From NCBI GenBank assembly GCA_964016885.1, contig OZ024743.1, positions 36,766,001-36,830,000 on the forward strand: a stretch of 64,000 bases of DNA, given 5' to 3'. The stretch comes from Eledone cirrhosa. Lineage: Eukaryota. Of this stretch, positions 25,124 through 42,875 are shown one piece after another; position 1 is the first letter of the stretch, and each line of letters begins with the position of its first letter. A program made the position numbers and the translations under genes. Below the pieces are notes generated by a model. It was not told the DNA's origin and did not search any database. It was given only the letters and a program-made list of their open reading frames with translations.

Positions 25124-25270
25124 ATTCTGAGTTCATGTCCCACTGAGGTTAGCTTTGCCTTTCATCCTTACACGGTCGGTAAAATAAAGTACCAGTAATG
25201 CACTGGGGTCAATTTAGTCAACTTTCCCCTCCCTTTCAAATTGTTGGTCTTGTGCCTAAATCAGAAACCA
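25124..25270 (+). mobile_element. 5'-incomplete tRNA-derived SINE
   Basis: Starts at the B-box region TTCTGAGTTCA, same core as 712-938. Confidence 0.8.
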
Positions 25271-25469
25271 TATTTAGCTCCATCTCCTCTCCATTGTCAA
25301 GTCAAATACCATGGGGATTGACTTTACTTTTAATCTTTCTGGAGTTAATTATAAAAGTATTATATACTGGGTTCACTATGCCCTCCTACAAAATTGTTGT
25401 CTCATGTCTATGCTTTTAATCATTATTATTATTAATGGTTGTATTACGTTTTGTATTTTAAAATTTCAG

Positions 25470-25657
25470 ATAGAAGCTATTGATCATGATACACATCTCA
25501 TTCTTTTCCAAATGATTAACAATGGTATTTTTGAGAAAGATATAGGAATTGTTTCTACTGGTAAAGAATCTATAGTCTTGCACTGTGATTCTGGAGAAAA
25601 TCTGGCTTCATATTTAGAAAGCAAGTCTACGAAAGAAAATAATTTACCAACATCTGG
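25470..25657 (+). CDS. RIOK3: RIOK3-like exon B (winged-helix end plus nucleotide-binding loop STGKES)
   Basis: tttcag|ATA...TCT GG|gtaaat; IEAIDHDTHLILFQMINNGIFEKDIGIVSTGKESIVLHC...; continues in frame from exon A. Confidence 0.93.
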
Positions 25658-26375
25658 GTAAATAACTGTTTTTTTTCTGTGCTTATAAATGATGCTATCA
25701 TAATCATCTTCGTTTTTATGTCTAATTTTTTCATACTGGTAAAGTATCACTACAGAAGCCTACGCAGCAGTGGATGTACATAGCCTACTATGTACTCACA
25801 GTACACAGCATAAAGAATGGCATTTCCTACAAACTGTAACCCACCACAATAGTTATACCAACCTACATAGCTGCAGGGTGCCAATCTATACAATAGCTGC
25901 CAACTGCGTAGCTATATTTTCCCTTTTGAAAGCAAGTTATAGATCTTAATCATCATCATCAATTTACATCTGCTCTTCCTGTTGAAAGTGTGTCAAAGAT
26001 GACAACCTCCCTAATGTTGGTGATCTATACTATAAATGCACCCAGTACACTCTGTAAAATGATTGGTGATAGAGAAGGTATCCAGCCATAGAAAACCTGC
26101 CAAAAAAATGGTCAGGAGGACCCTCCAGCTGTTTCAAAGATATGGCAACCTCCCTAATGCTGGTGCTTCAGTAGAGCACAAGAGTATATGTAAGCGAGAT
26201 GCGAGCTCAACTCATCTGAACACTTGATAGTGTGTAGGGACATATAGAAGTGAAGTGCAGGCCTTCAGCTCATCTAAGAGGTCAGTAGCTCTGCTTGAGT
26301 ACTGATTTGGTCTCGTATAATCTGTCCAACCTTTGCTAACAAAGAAAACAAACATTAAATGATGATGATGGTATA

Positions 26376-26434
26376 TCATCATCATCATCATCAACGTTTA
26401 ACGTCCGTGTTCCACGCTTGCATGGGTTTGGACG

Positions 26435-26437
<3 letters not shown>
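26376..26437 (-). mobile_element. RTE 3' terminal fragment with (TGA)n tail
   Basis: Reverse complement matches the terminus at ~19947-20010; faces a decayed plus-strand tail at ~26325-26371. Confidence 0.85.
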
Positions 26438-26470
<33 letters not shown>

Positions 26471-26859
26471 CATGTATGCATCCACCATATATACTCACAT
26501 GCACACAATGCGTATTCTGTTTTTTAGAATAGGTATACTGTATCTCTGCATGTCAAAAGAAGTGACTAAAAGTCTTGTCCAACTTTTGCCTGCATAGAAA
26601 AACAGACATAAAAGGAATCATGATGATTACTGTGAAAATAATTATACCAAAAGTGCCAGTGCTGTCTGATAGATAAAATCACAGTCCAATATGTATGAAG
26701 AAATGATAGTCTCTACGTGGTCATTCAAACTGCTCAAGATCTTTCTTAACAATTGACAATAGTTGTAATACTGTTTGAATTTGTGCAAAATGAATATTTT
26801 GTTTCATCTAAGATTCAGTGGGGTGTTATAAAGCTTAAACATAATTAAACTAATATGTG

Positions 26860-27113
26860 TTTTGAAAATATGATAGTTTATTCCAAGCTGCTACAATGCA
26901 GGTTTAACTATAAAATAGTTAAAGAAGTTGGATGTATAAACTCCTAAAGGGTAATAATAATGCAGCTGTCTGTCATATGGTAGTTGTGAGTTTGTTTCCT
27001 GAAGGTGACTGTCCATATATGTCCACTTCTAGGGGCTTATGTGCCCAACTTTTTAACTATTTTATAGTTAAATCTGTGTTGTAGCAGCTTGAAATAAGAT
27101 AATAATATTCAAA
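26860..27113. repeat. ~250-bp imperfect fold-back (MITE-like) in the intron before exon C
   Basis: 26878-26931 TTATTCCAAGCTGCTACAATGCAGGTTTAACTATAAAATAGTTAAAGAAGTTGG is inverted at 27045-27097, with weaker extension on both sides. Confidence 0.85.
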
Positions 27114-27172
27114 TTTACTTAATAGATTGTAAAACGATTGTTTCTTTGTTTAATAATAATTTACTTCTTTAG

Positions 27173-27355
27173 GATATCCAATTCCTGTCCTAAGGTGTGT
27201 GCCATCAAAGTATTTAAGACCTCTTTAAGTAAGTTTAAAAACCGCAAGCAATATATTGTTGGTGACAGTCGGTTTACAGACAAATCTATGCGAAAACAGA
27301 ACCCACGAAAAGTGATTAGAAACTGGTCTAAAAAGGAAGCTGCTAATTTACACAG
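27173..27355 (+). CDS. RIOK3: RIOK3-like exon C (CAIKVFKT lysine, NPRK..W..KE..NL)
   Basis: tttag|G...CAC AG|gtatg; 183 nt, phase 2/2. Confidence 0.95.
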
Positions 27356-27665
27356 GTATGACCAATTTTACATCTCATCTTTTTGCAGGCTCATAATTTC
27401 CTGAGTTAGAAGTGCTGGTTATGTAGTCATGAGTTCAAACCTCACTACAACTATTGTGTCTCTTAAAGAATAGCTTCTTTACATTAATTGCCATAATCTT
27501 CTAGATCTTATGATTTTTTTTAAGCATGTCACTGTGATTAGATGCATGAATGTGTGTCTGTAAAACATACATATACACCAGGACTGAACACAAAAGAACC
27601 AAACTCCCACTGTCACTGCCTCTGTTTCTCCCACTCTCCCCATCTCTCATTATTATGAACAAATG

Positions 27666-27846
27666 GGTGGTGGATTGGCAGTATCGGTAGAGGGTCAGAC
27701 ACCATGCTTTGCAGCAAAGAGTTACGGCCCTTTATTGTCAGTTCAAATCCCGCCGAGGTTAACTTTGCCTTTCATCCTTATGGGGTCGATAAAATAAAGT
27801 ACCAGTAATACACTGGCCTTGTGCTAAAAATAGAAATAATTATTAT
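27666..27846 (+). mobile_element. tRNA-derived SINE, well preserved copy
   Basis: GGATTGGCAGTATCGGTAGAGGG...GTTCAAATCCCGCCGAGGTTAACTTTGCC...; (ATT)n tail. Confidence 0.85.
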
Positions 27847-28813
27847 GAGCAAATGGGGGCCCACGCGCTGGCAGCCTGCAGCCCCGGTGGACAATAAAAA
27901 GGCGTTTTCCTGTAGGATGGTGAGGGAGATGTTTTGGAAGAGCCATTCCAGTTTGCGGGTTGTGTTGTATTGCTTTCTAGGCAAGGTGCATTACCACTAA
28001 TTACCATAGTATAGCTGACTGAAAACAGCTCCCATTCATACTGTACATTTGAGAGGCTAGTGGTATGAGATCATGTATGTGAAAGGTCAATTGTTTCAAC
28101 AATTTACATTTATCAAAATTTGTAAAATATTTGACGTCCATGTGGGGAAAATGGTTGTAAAGCATGTCTTAGTTGTCTGTTTGAAATCAAACTTTGACTA
28201 GATCTTTGCTGGGGTTTATTGGTGCTATTGGATAGAACAATTTTTATTAGTGTTAAGGGATAGAGCAATCTTTAGTGTTGTGGGAAAGAAAGGTCATTGA
28301 TGGAGTTATGGGTAATTTTCTGGTGGGGTTGTGAGATAGAACAGTTGTTGATGGGGTCATGGGAAAGAACAGTCTTTGCTGGTGTTGTGGGATAGAATAG
28401 TCTTTGCATGGATTTGCTAGCATGAGCAACTGCTAGTCTTTTACAAAAATCCTTGTCCACATCTGTGCCTTATAGAGGAACTTTCTAGGTGCAGGTCTAC
28501 TGTCTCATAAGACATATCAAGGCTTGGAATAGAACAGCCTTTGTTGACTAATGAACTATTGTTGCCTTTTAAATAAATGTTCTATTTTGTATTAAAAACT
28601 AATTGTATCAGAATATTTTTTTCAGTTGTGTAGTTAGGGTTGTATTTCTTATGTTGCTCTCTGGGTTATATTTTTTGCTTGAATTGACCAGTTTGAATGG
28701 GGAAGGGTTAATGTAAATGACAAGCTCTAACTATCAGTTATGATTATTAATAGGTATTTCGCTTCTAATACAGATATTTATAGAATTTTGAAAACTTTTG
28801 GGTTTTTTTTCAG

Positions 28814-28973
28814 ACTGAGACGCTTTGGTATTCCATGTCCTACTCTTATTACTTTGAAAAATCATGTTTTAGTTATGTCTTTTATTGGTCATAATCATCA
28901 AGCCGCCCCCAAACTAAGAGATGCAAATCTCACTCCAGAGGAACTGAATTGTGCTTTTCAGCAGACATTTCAG
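28814..28973 (+). CDS. RIOK3: RIOK3-like exon D (GIPCP...HVLVMSFIG...APKL)
   Basis: ttttcag|A...CAG|gtatgg; 160 nt, phase 2/0. Confidence 0.95.
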
Positions 28974-29152
28974 GTATGGCCATGTGTTTTTTGCTCTTAT
29001 TAGTTTGTGTTATTCGTTAGAACAGCAAGTATGACTTCATTTGCCATTTTGATATCAAACTATCTGAAACCATTCCTAGTTTTGTTATACTAAACTGTTT
29101 ATTTTAAAATGCTTATATTTATATAAAAATTTTCCATCATAATTTTATTTAA

Positions 29153-29365
29153 CCCTTTAGCATTTATATTACTCTATATTTACTATTGTATTTTCACGGT
29201 TAACGCTTTAGCTTTTACATTATTCTATATATTCTATTATATTTTGATATTATTTATTTTGAGAACAATACCTTCAAATAAGTATGAGCTGCTGGTTACA
29301 GCCAGTTTGAACAGAAAGAGGTGAAAGAATTCTGGCTAGATATGGCTGGTTTAATTGCTAAAGGG
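29153..29365. mobile_element. piggyBac-type MITE (213 bp)
   Basis: TTAA|CCCTTTAGCA ... TGCTAAAGGG|TTAA: TTAA target duplication and CCC/GGG termini; a decayed second copy lies at ~30487-30693. Confidence 0.85.
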
Positions 29366-29828
29366 TTAAGAACCTTTATTATGTTCTAAACACTAGCTTA
29401 AAAATGAGAAAGTTATATTATCAAATCCCTCTAAATTCTTGATTATTTTCAAAAATATGGTAATAAATAGATTTTTATGGATTATATTACAGTGAATATA
29501 TTGAAGCTGATTACTGAATTAGGTTAAGGGTTTAGCTAAACTGTGAACCTACTTGATCATTTTTATTTTTACACCAAACCTTTTGTTTTTTGGCATGCTG
29601 ATCAGAGGGTTTCATTCTTTCAAGCTCAGCATTTCTCTACATAAAATGCCAAATATAGTTAAACTACCTTGACTGTTTATGTTTCATGTGATTCTTTTGT
29701 TACAAATTCTATATTTAAAAAACAATTTGTAGTAAAATGGATCTTGTAAGATGTAGTTGATAATAATATCAGATTACTTGAGTGAAATTTCTTTTTTTTT
29801 TCCCCATCTCTTTTCTTTGTTTCACTAG

Positions 29829-29999
29829 ATCTTGAGAGATATGTACCACAAGTGTAATTTAGTTCACGCTGATCTCAGTGAATACAATTTGTTGTGGCAT
29901 GATAACATTGTGTGGGTAATAGATGTGAGTCAGTCTGTTGAGATTAGTCATCCTTCAGCAATGGAATTTCTTCTGCGAGATTGTTCCAACATTTGCACT
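29829..29999 (+). CDS. RIOK3: RIOK3-like exon E (catalytic loop [10 protein letters not shown], metal-binding IDVSQ)
   Basis: Long polypyrimidine tract, ctag|ATC...ACT|gtaagt; 171 nt; the IDVSQ variant is typical of RIO1/RIO3. Confidence 0.96.
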
Positions 30000-31279
30000 G
30001 TAAGTATTAAATTCTTGTTTGTTTGAATTTGGCTTACCTTATTGGTAAAAAAAAACATTATCCTCATCCCCATCATTTAACTAAAGTACTAGATGGCCAC
30101 AATCCCTCTTCCACCATTACAGCTTTTATAATCAGTTGTTGTTGGGTGATAGTCTTAGCCACCAGTGGGATTTGAATCCTGAAGTGGAATATGAACACTT
30201 AGAAGGCACAGATTGGAACAAATACCTGAAAGTATTTCATCCAATGCTTTAATAATTCCACCAATCCTAGACTGCTAATTTATTTTATCAACTCTGAAAG
30301 TATGAAAGACAAAGTTGACTTAGGTGAGATTTGAATGCCCTTAATGACTACCAATTCGATACCTAAGAGAAACATCGAACTAACCAAACATTTATTAATT
30401 TTTCGCAAATTTAAATAAGTTTATATGATATGGAAAAATGACATTAGAATACTGACATTACAAGCAAATTACTCAGTGTTACCATAACCCTTTACATTAC
30501 TCTATATTCATTAATTATATTTTCACGGTAAAGGCTTTACCTCACATAATTATTTTACATAATATTGAATGTATGAGATTTTGATATTATTAACTTTGAG
30601 AACAATACCTTAACATAAGTATGAGCAGCTGGTTACAGCTGGTTTGAACAGAAAGAGGTGAGGAAATTCTGGCCGGATATGGCTGGTTTAAATGACCAGT
30701 GAAATGGAAATCTAATCTTGTGCCTTGAATTCAATACTGTAAGATATTTGGTCCTGCAACCTGATCTCGCACAAAGGGACAGCCCATTCTACCCATGCTA
30801 GTGTGGAAAATGGACGTTTAGTGATGATGATGATGTTAATTGTATTATGCAACACAGTCGGACATAAAACTCACCATGAACCACCACGACCTTGGTATGA
30901 TTCATTGGTGGTCCACCTTAACCATATGTATCACGTATCACTGAGTTGAAAGAAAAAAAGTTTGTTATAGTTTTGTTGTGGAAGGTATGTTGTTGTTGGT
31001 TCTGTCCATGTCTTAGCATATATCTTTGTATTGTAACTATGTAGTGAAGGTGTGTGGCTAGAGTTAGATTCACAATCGTGAGCTTGTGAATATGATTCCT
31101 TGACTAGGTGATGCATTATGTCCTTTACTTTATAACAATATTTGTCCAACTCCATAGAAAACCTGTTCGAAAAATTAGTAGTAGGATTGATGTTAGTATA
31201 AGCTACAGTTGAAATTTCTTTTCAGTGGTTATTTTCTTAACTCTGATCATTTTGACATTTTCTAACCTTCTTTTTTCAG

Positions 31280-31384
31280 TTCTTTGGAAATAATAATGTG
31301 CAAGATGTTCCCAGTCCTGAAGAACTTTTCAATAATGTTACAGATCTACACTTTGAAGGCAAAGGAACACTTTTTTTACATGCT
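31280..31384 (+). CDS. RIOK3: RIOK3-like exon F
   Basis: ttttcag|TTC...GCT|gtaagt; 105 nt; FFGNNNVQDVPSPEELFNNVTDLHFEGKGTLFLHA; not in the ORF track. Confidence 0.88.
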
Positions 31385-31489
31385 GTAAGTTACAAATGAT
31401 GATTTAGTTCTATTTTCCATTTAAAAAATATTGTCAGATTAGACCAAGGAAACTGTTTTTAATGGTCTTTCTATTGCTGATACTATCTA

Positions 31490-31980
31490 CCAATCACCAT
31501 ATTTCCAGTGGCAGGAGGTAGGATTTAAACTCAGGACATGCTAGAAATAGATACCACAAAACATCTTATCTGACTTTTTAACAATTCTGCCCATCAACCA
31601 CTCCTGGACTAGTACTTTATTTATCAATCTTGAAAGGATTAAAAGCCATGTTAACATGGATGGGATTTGAACACAGAACTTAGAGAGCTGGTTCAAATAT
31701 TAAGCATTTAAACTGACACTTCAACGACTCTGCCAGTTCACCATCTTGTAAAAATGAAGAATATTACTAGAGAATATTACTAGAGATAGTTCAAGGATTT
31801 CCATTGACAGGGTTGATAATGTAATATATTCATGCACATGGATGACTGAATTGGTAGAATATGGGGTAGAATATTTTGTAGTATTTGGTTGTGCTCTTTT
31901 ATGTTTCGAGTTCGATCTCATCAAAGCCAATTTTGCTTTTTCTTCCTTTGAGATTCATAAAATAAGTACTGGGATTAATT
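31490..31980. mobile_element. Decayed SINE copies (minus ~31490-31745, plus ~31843-31980)
   Basis: Degenerate A/B boxes and core; further decayed copies at ~30120-30340 (-), ~32995-33110 (+), ~35290-35460 (-). Confidence 0.6.
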
Positions 31981-32198
31981 TAATGAACTATATAATATAA
32001 CATATTACATATGTTCCATTTCTGGGATAGTTTCAACAGCTGGATGCTCTGTCTAACTAATCAGCAGAGACTAAATGATGTGCAGAAACTGTGCTATGCA
32101 AGTTGTTTAATTGATAATTATTGATAAGATAATCCCTAATTAGAGAAATAAATATAAATTCTGAAGGAATTCTCTCTATGTACTTTTTCTTTTCACAG

Positions 32199-32351
32199 AT
32201 ACAACGTTATGACAAAGATCAGAAAGAAAAATTTAAAGCTTGTAACGATTCTGAGAAATATGCTTTTAATTATTTTTTTGAAAACTCTGCTCCTGGATTA
32301 ACAGAACCAAATGATGACAATTCGAACAGTCGAGATGCTGAATCAAGCTAA
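32199..32351 (+). CDS. RIOK3: RIOK3-like terminal coding exon
   Basis: ttttcacag|ATA...AGC TAA; IQRYDKDQKEKFKACNDSEKYAFNYFFENSAPGLTEPNDDNSNSRDAESS*; in phase with exon F. Confidence 0.8.
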   Translation: MQRYDKDQKEKFKACNDSEKYAFNYFFENSAPGLTEPNDDNSNSRDAESS

Positions 32352-32504
32352 TTCATGTTACACTTGAATAAATATGTTGCTGTTCTTCTTTGTAAGACAA
32401 TCTGATGTTTTCTAAGTTTAATTTGCTTTATCTAACTTCTATTCTTTCAACCCAAAGCTCTCCCATATTTCTCATTTAAATGTATTATTATGCAGGTTGA
32501 AGAG

Positions 32505-32720
32505 TGGTGGAATTGCAGAATCATTAAAATTTCGGATAAAATGTTTCGCGTTATTTATTCCGACTTTTTACATTCTGACTTCAAATCCCACCGAAGTCAT
32601 CTCTACTTTTCATCCTTCTGGGTTCGATAGAATAAACGACCAGTGAAGTACTGGGATTAGTATATTTTCCTCTCCCACCAAAGATTGCTGGCCTTGTGCT
32701 TTAATTAGAAACTATTATTA
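32505..32720 (+). mobile_element. tRNA-derived SINE in the probable RIOK3 3' UTR
   Basis: TTCTGACTTCAAATCCCACCG...CTTTCATCCTTCTGGGTTCGATAGAATAA...TTGCTGGCCTTGTGC...TTAGAAACTATTATTA. Confidence 0.75.
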
Positions 32721-32953
32721 TGCGGGTTACTTTTTTCCTTTTATTTCCCTACACTCACACTATCCATGCTGTTGCTGTACTCATTCATATCTAAGAATTT
32801 GGTTTATTACAGGTATGACCTTGCTTTTTTTATCACACTAGCATAGATCAGATTAGTTATTGTCACCTATGAACCTATATTGATCTGACTTGTAGAATAT
32901 AACACTAGAGTCTGAGGAGGCTAATATTTGATTGTATTAGCAAAAATCATTTC

Positions 32954-32959
32954 AATAAA
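32954..32959 (+). terminator. Candidate polyadenylation signal of RIOK3 (alternative at 32367-32372)
   Basis: AATAAA downstream of the stop codon; the AT-rich background makes this weak. Confidence 0.3.
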
Positions 32960-34689
32960 GTTTATGAAATAGAATAAGTTTGCATAGTGTGAATGTGGTG
33001 AATTAGCAGAGTTGTTAAGGCATCAGAATAAATATGCCTTGTTATTTGTTCTGGCTGACTGTTGTTCTGTCTTTAAATCCCACTGAGGTCAGCTTTACAT
33101 TTTATTCTAGTCAGTAGGTTGACTATTAAGGTTGAAACTTTCTCCTTATCACTTTCTCTCTCTCTCTCTTTGGATGGAATCAGCTGTGTTTCAAACTGGA
33201 GTGAGCTAGGCTCTGCAAGGTTTAAAATGCCCTAAAGTGTCAGGACAGTATCTCTACAAATCTATCAGTAGAAAATGACACTGTGCCTTGTGTTTTGTGA
33301 GGAGATAATTTTAATTAACATTTCACCATTTCCAACAGGGGCTTTCTTAGAGAAGAAAAGATTTTAATACTCACAATTTTTTTTTTTACACATAGCACCT
33401 AATTTTGTTTTATTTTGTAAATTTCATTCTTACTGAGGAAGAATTTTGTTGAACAATAGAAAATTGACTTAGAGAAGGTTCGCTTTTTTTTTTTACTCTC
33501 AAAATTTGTCGAGTAACAACAAACAGTTGGGACTAGCAAACTTAACATGTAGAACAGTCATTGGCAAACTGTGGTCAATTTGCCTTTCTGAATAGTATGC
33601 CTAATTTCAAATTGACTTGATCTTTTTAGTAGTGTGGCCCATCTTATGATAAGTCATATCTTATGATAAATCATATCTTATGCAGCCCAAAGGTTGTCCA
33701 TACCTGGTGTAGAAGATTGAACTTCATTGAATATAAATAATTTTGTACTCCATTTGAACAAACCCTTCTATTTTACACACTCTGGAAGAATTAACTGATT
33801 AATATATTTTTGTTCTCTCTCTCTCTCCCCCCCCTCTCTCTCTCTCCCGCTCGCTCTCTATATATATACACGCATACACTGCTCAAAATGAGATATTGTA
33901 GGAGTTAGCTCCCTTGTTCACTGATTTTTTTTTTTTTTTTTTTTTTTTTTTCTATTTGAACAGTTTTAAAGAGATTTTTTTATCTTGAAATTACAAGTAT
34001 ATTTAGCATGTGAAACTACTCTATCTTCTATCGTCCATGTAGGGTAAACCTCCTACTATGATTATATATCTGTCATATCTATATAGAAGAACTGGTGTCA
34101 TTCATGAGTCTATCTTGATATAGTTGTAACATTGATGTTATTGGGCCCAGAATTAGAATTGGCTACAATACTACAATTGTCAAAATACTCATCAATTATG
34201 TACTGCTCAAAATGAACTGCTTGATGTGTAATTATTGTTTGAAGAATTAATGGGCATGGAATTACATGTCCAAGCAATTTTCCATTGTAAGTACATAGTC
34301 AACCCAGACAGGTGGAGGATTTTGGTAGCATCAAATACTAGTTGATATAAATAAAATTTATTTATATCAACAATTATAAGCCTTGTGCGAGCTTCTCTCT
34401 AACACGGATAGCATGTTTTTGTATTCTAATTAATTTTCAAGTTATTTTAGTAAAACAGCTGTAACTCTTTCATTTATTGATTATATGAAGATATTTAGAA
34501 TGCAACTTTACGAAATATAGATATTTATTTTGTGAAATCCTGTATTATCATTCACATAAGACTGTGTTTGAGGAGCTAGGTAATTTGTTAACTCAAATAA
34601 GCGTTCTAAATATAATACAAATTAATGATCTACAGTATGTGTGTATGTATGTGTGTGTGTGCGTATATATATACATATATATATATATA

Positions 34690-34990
34690 TCATCCTCTTT
34701 GCCTACTTATTCCTGAGAGAGTCGTGGGTCAGAGTCCTCAAACACTCCTTCCAGCAGGTCCTGTCAGAAACAACTGTCTCCAACTGATCCGGCTTGATCC
34801 CAAAGCCTGACCAGACAAGCTCATGGATGTTATCCAACCATCTTGATCGGGGTCTACTCCTGGGTCTCCTACCTGTTGGTTTTACCCATAAAATCTGCCC
34901 AGCGATTCTTTCCTGAGACATTCTAACCGCATGCCGATAGTATCGGAGCTGTGATCTCTCAATTTGGAGAGTAGTGGCTCTACCTGGAGT
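34690..34990 (-). mobile_element. 3' fragment of a Rex3/Expander-like RTE LINE
   Basis: ...MSQERIAGQILWVKPTGRRPRSRPRSRWLDNI..LVWSGFGI...; abuts a (TA)n run. Confidence 0.8.
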
Positions 34991-35881
34991 AGGGAGACTC
35001 TACGTGGCTGTTTGACCTGCTGGAAATAATAGCTAAATACCTTTCAAATCATACTCTCTTGTCATGAAACAGACAGTCCTGTCAGATAATGTAGTTCTAA
35101 ATACAATGTCTGAAAAATAAGTTGGAATTGTCATGGCTAGAATGCCTTTCAGCATAGATCTGTTTATTCATAGCTCATCTGGTGCTCAAAATCGTAGCCT
35201 TTAAAAGCATATTAACAGTATTTGCATGTGTTTATATATATTCTAAAAATCAACTGCAGATATATTCAAATCAAAAGTATCTTGTCCAACTCTCTAACAA
35301 TTCCATTAACCCACTACCTCTGGACTACTATCTTTTTATTTATTGACCCCTGAAATGATGAAAGACAAAGTTGACATTGATGGGATTTGAACTCAGAGTG
35401 TGGTGAGCAAAAACAAATGCTGAGGCATTTAATCCAACACACTAACTCTGCCAATTCAATGCCTATAACTTAAGCTATTAATATATTCCTTAGTTGGCCC
35501 AAACAAATTAGACAAGGCTGACCACTTTTGGACTAAGGGAATTATATTCAATCAATGAAACCTTTATTGATGAAAGTAAACAAACATTTAGTAACATTGC
35601 TGTTACTAAATACCTGTGAGGTGTTGTGACAGATATTTAGTAACAGCAATGGTACATTGTTTCCTTGGTCCAATCTAATGATGACCCCTCTTTTTTATTT
35701 CCTTTCCTTTTATTTAAGATCCTTTAGAATACACAATTGAATTTAAAACTTTTTAAGGACTGATTTAGTATTGAATGAAGAAAACAGCAATTAGATTTTG
35801 AAATATTTAAAACTAAAATATAAAATACCCCTCCTTTGTCCATTCAACATTAATCCCTAAAGATTTATTATAAATACTCAC

Positions 35882-35929
<48 letters not shown>

Positions 35930-36106
35930 GCATGCTCTGCTCATATGTTTTGAGTGCTCATTGAGTTAATGTGTGACTGTTTCTATGTATGTTTGTACAT
36001 AGAAATTATATATATATATATTTTGCAAGAGATATCAACATGAATGGACATATTTTTTCTGATTCCACTCCGCCCGTCCCCTTAATGTATTTTATTTCTC
36101 ACTCTT

Positions 36107-36142
36107 TCTTCTGATGAAGGACTAGCGTCTGAAACGTTAAGA
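36107..36142 (+). ncRNA. Minimal type I hammerhead ribozyme motif in a ~210-bp island (36021-36228), probably a Penelope-like pLTR remnant
   Basis: TCTT-CTGATGA-A-GGAC(TAGC)GTCT-GAAA-CG-TT-AAGA: stem I TCTT/AAGA, stem II GGAC/GTCT, palindromic AACGTT in place of stem III. Confidence 0.7.
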
Positions 36143-36228
36143 CCCTCTTCCCGCTATATCAAACATTAACCTAATATATACCTTCCATATACTGTACCGA
36201 TTCTGTTGTTATTTCTGTTTACCTTTTA

Positions 36229-42875
<6,647 letters not shown>

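Noticed and set aside
25470-32351. Gene as RIOK1/RIOK2 or a pseudogene
   Set aside because: STGKES, HEKKEHST and GDGxGM fit RIOK3 (RIOK1 has STGKEA); all exons splice in frame with canonical GT-AG and intact catalytic residues.
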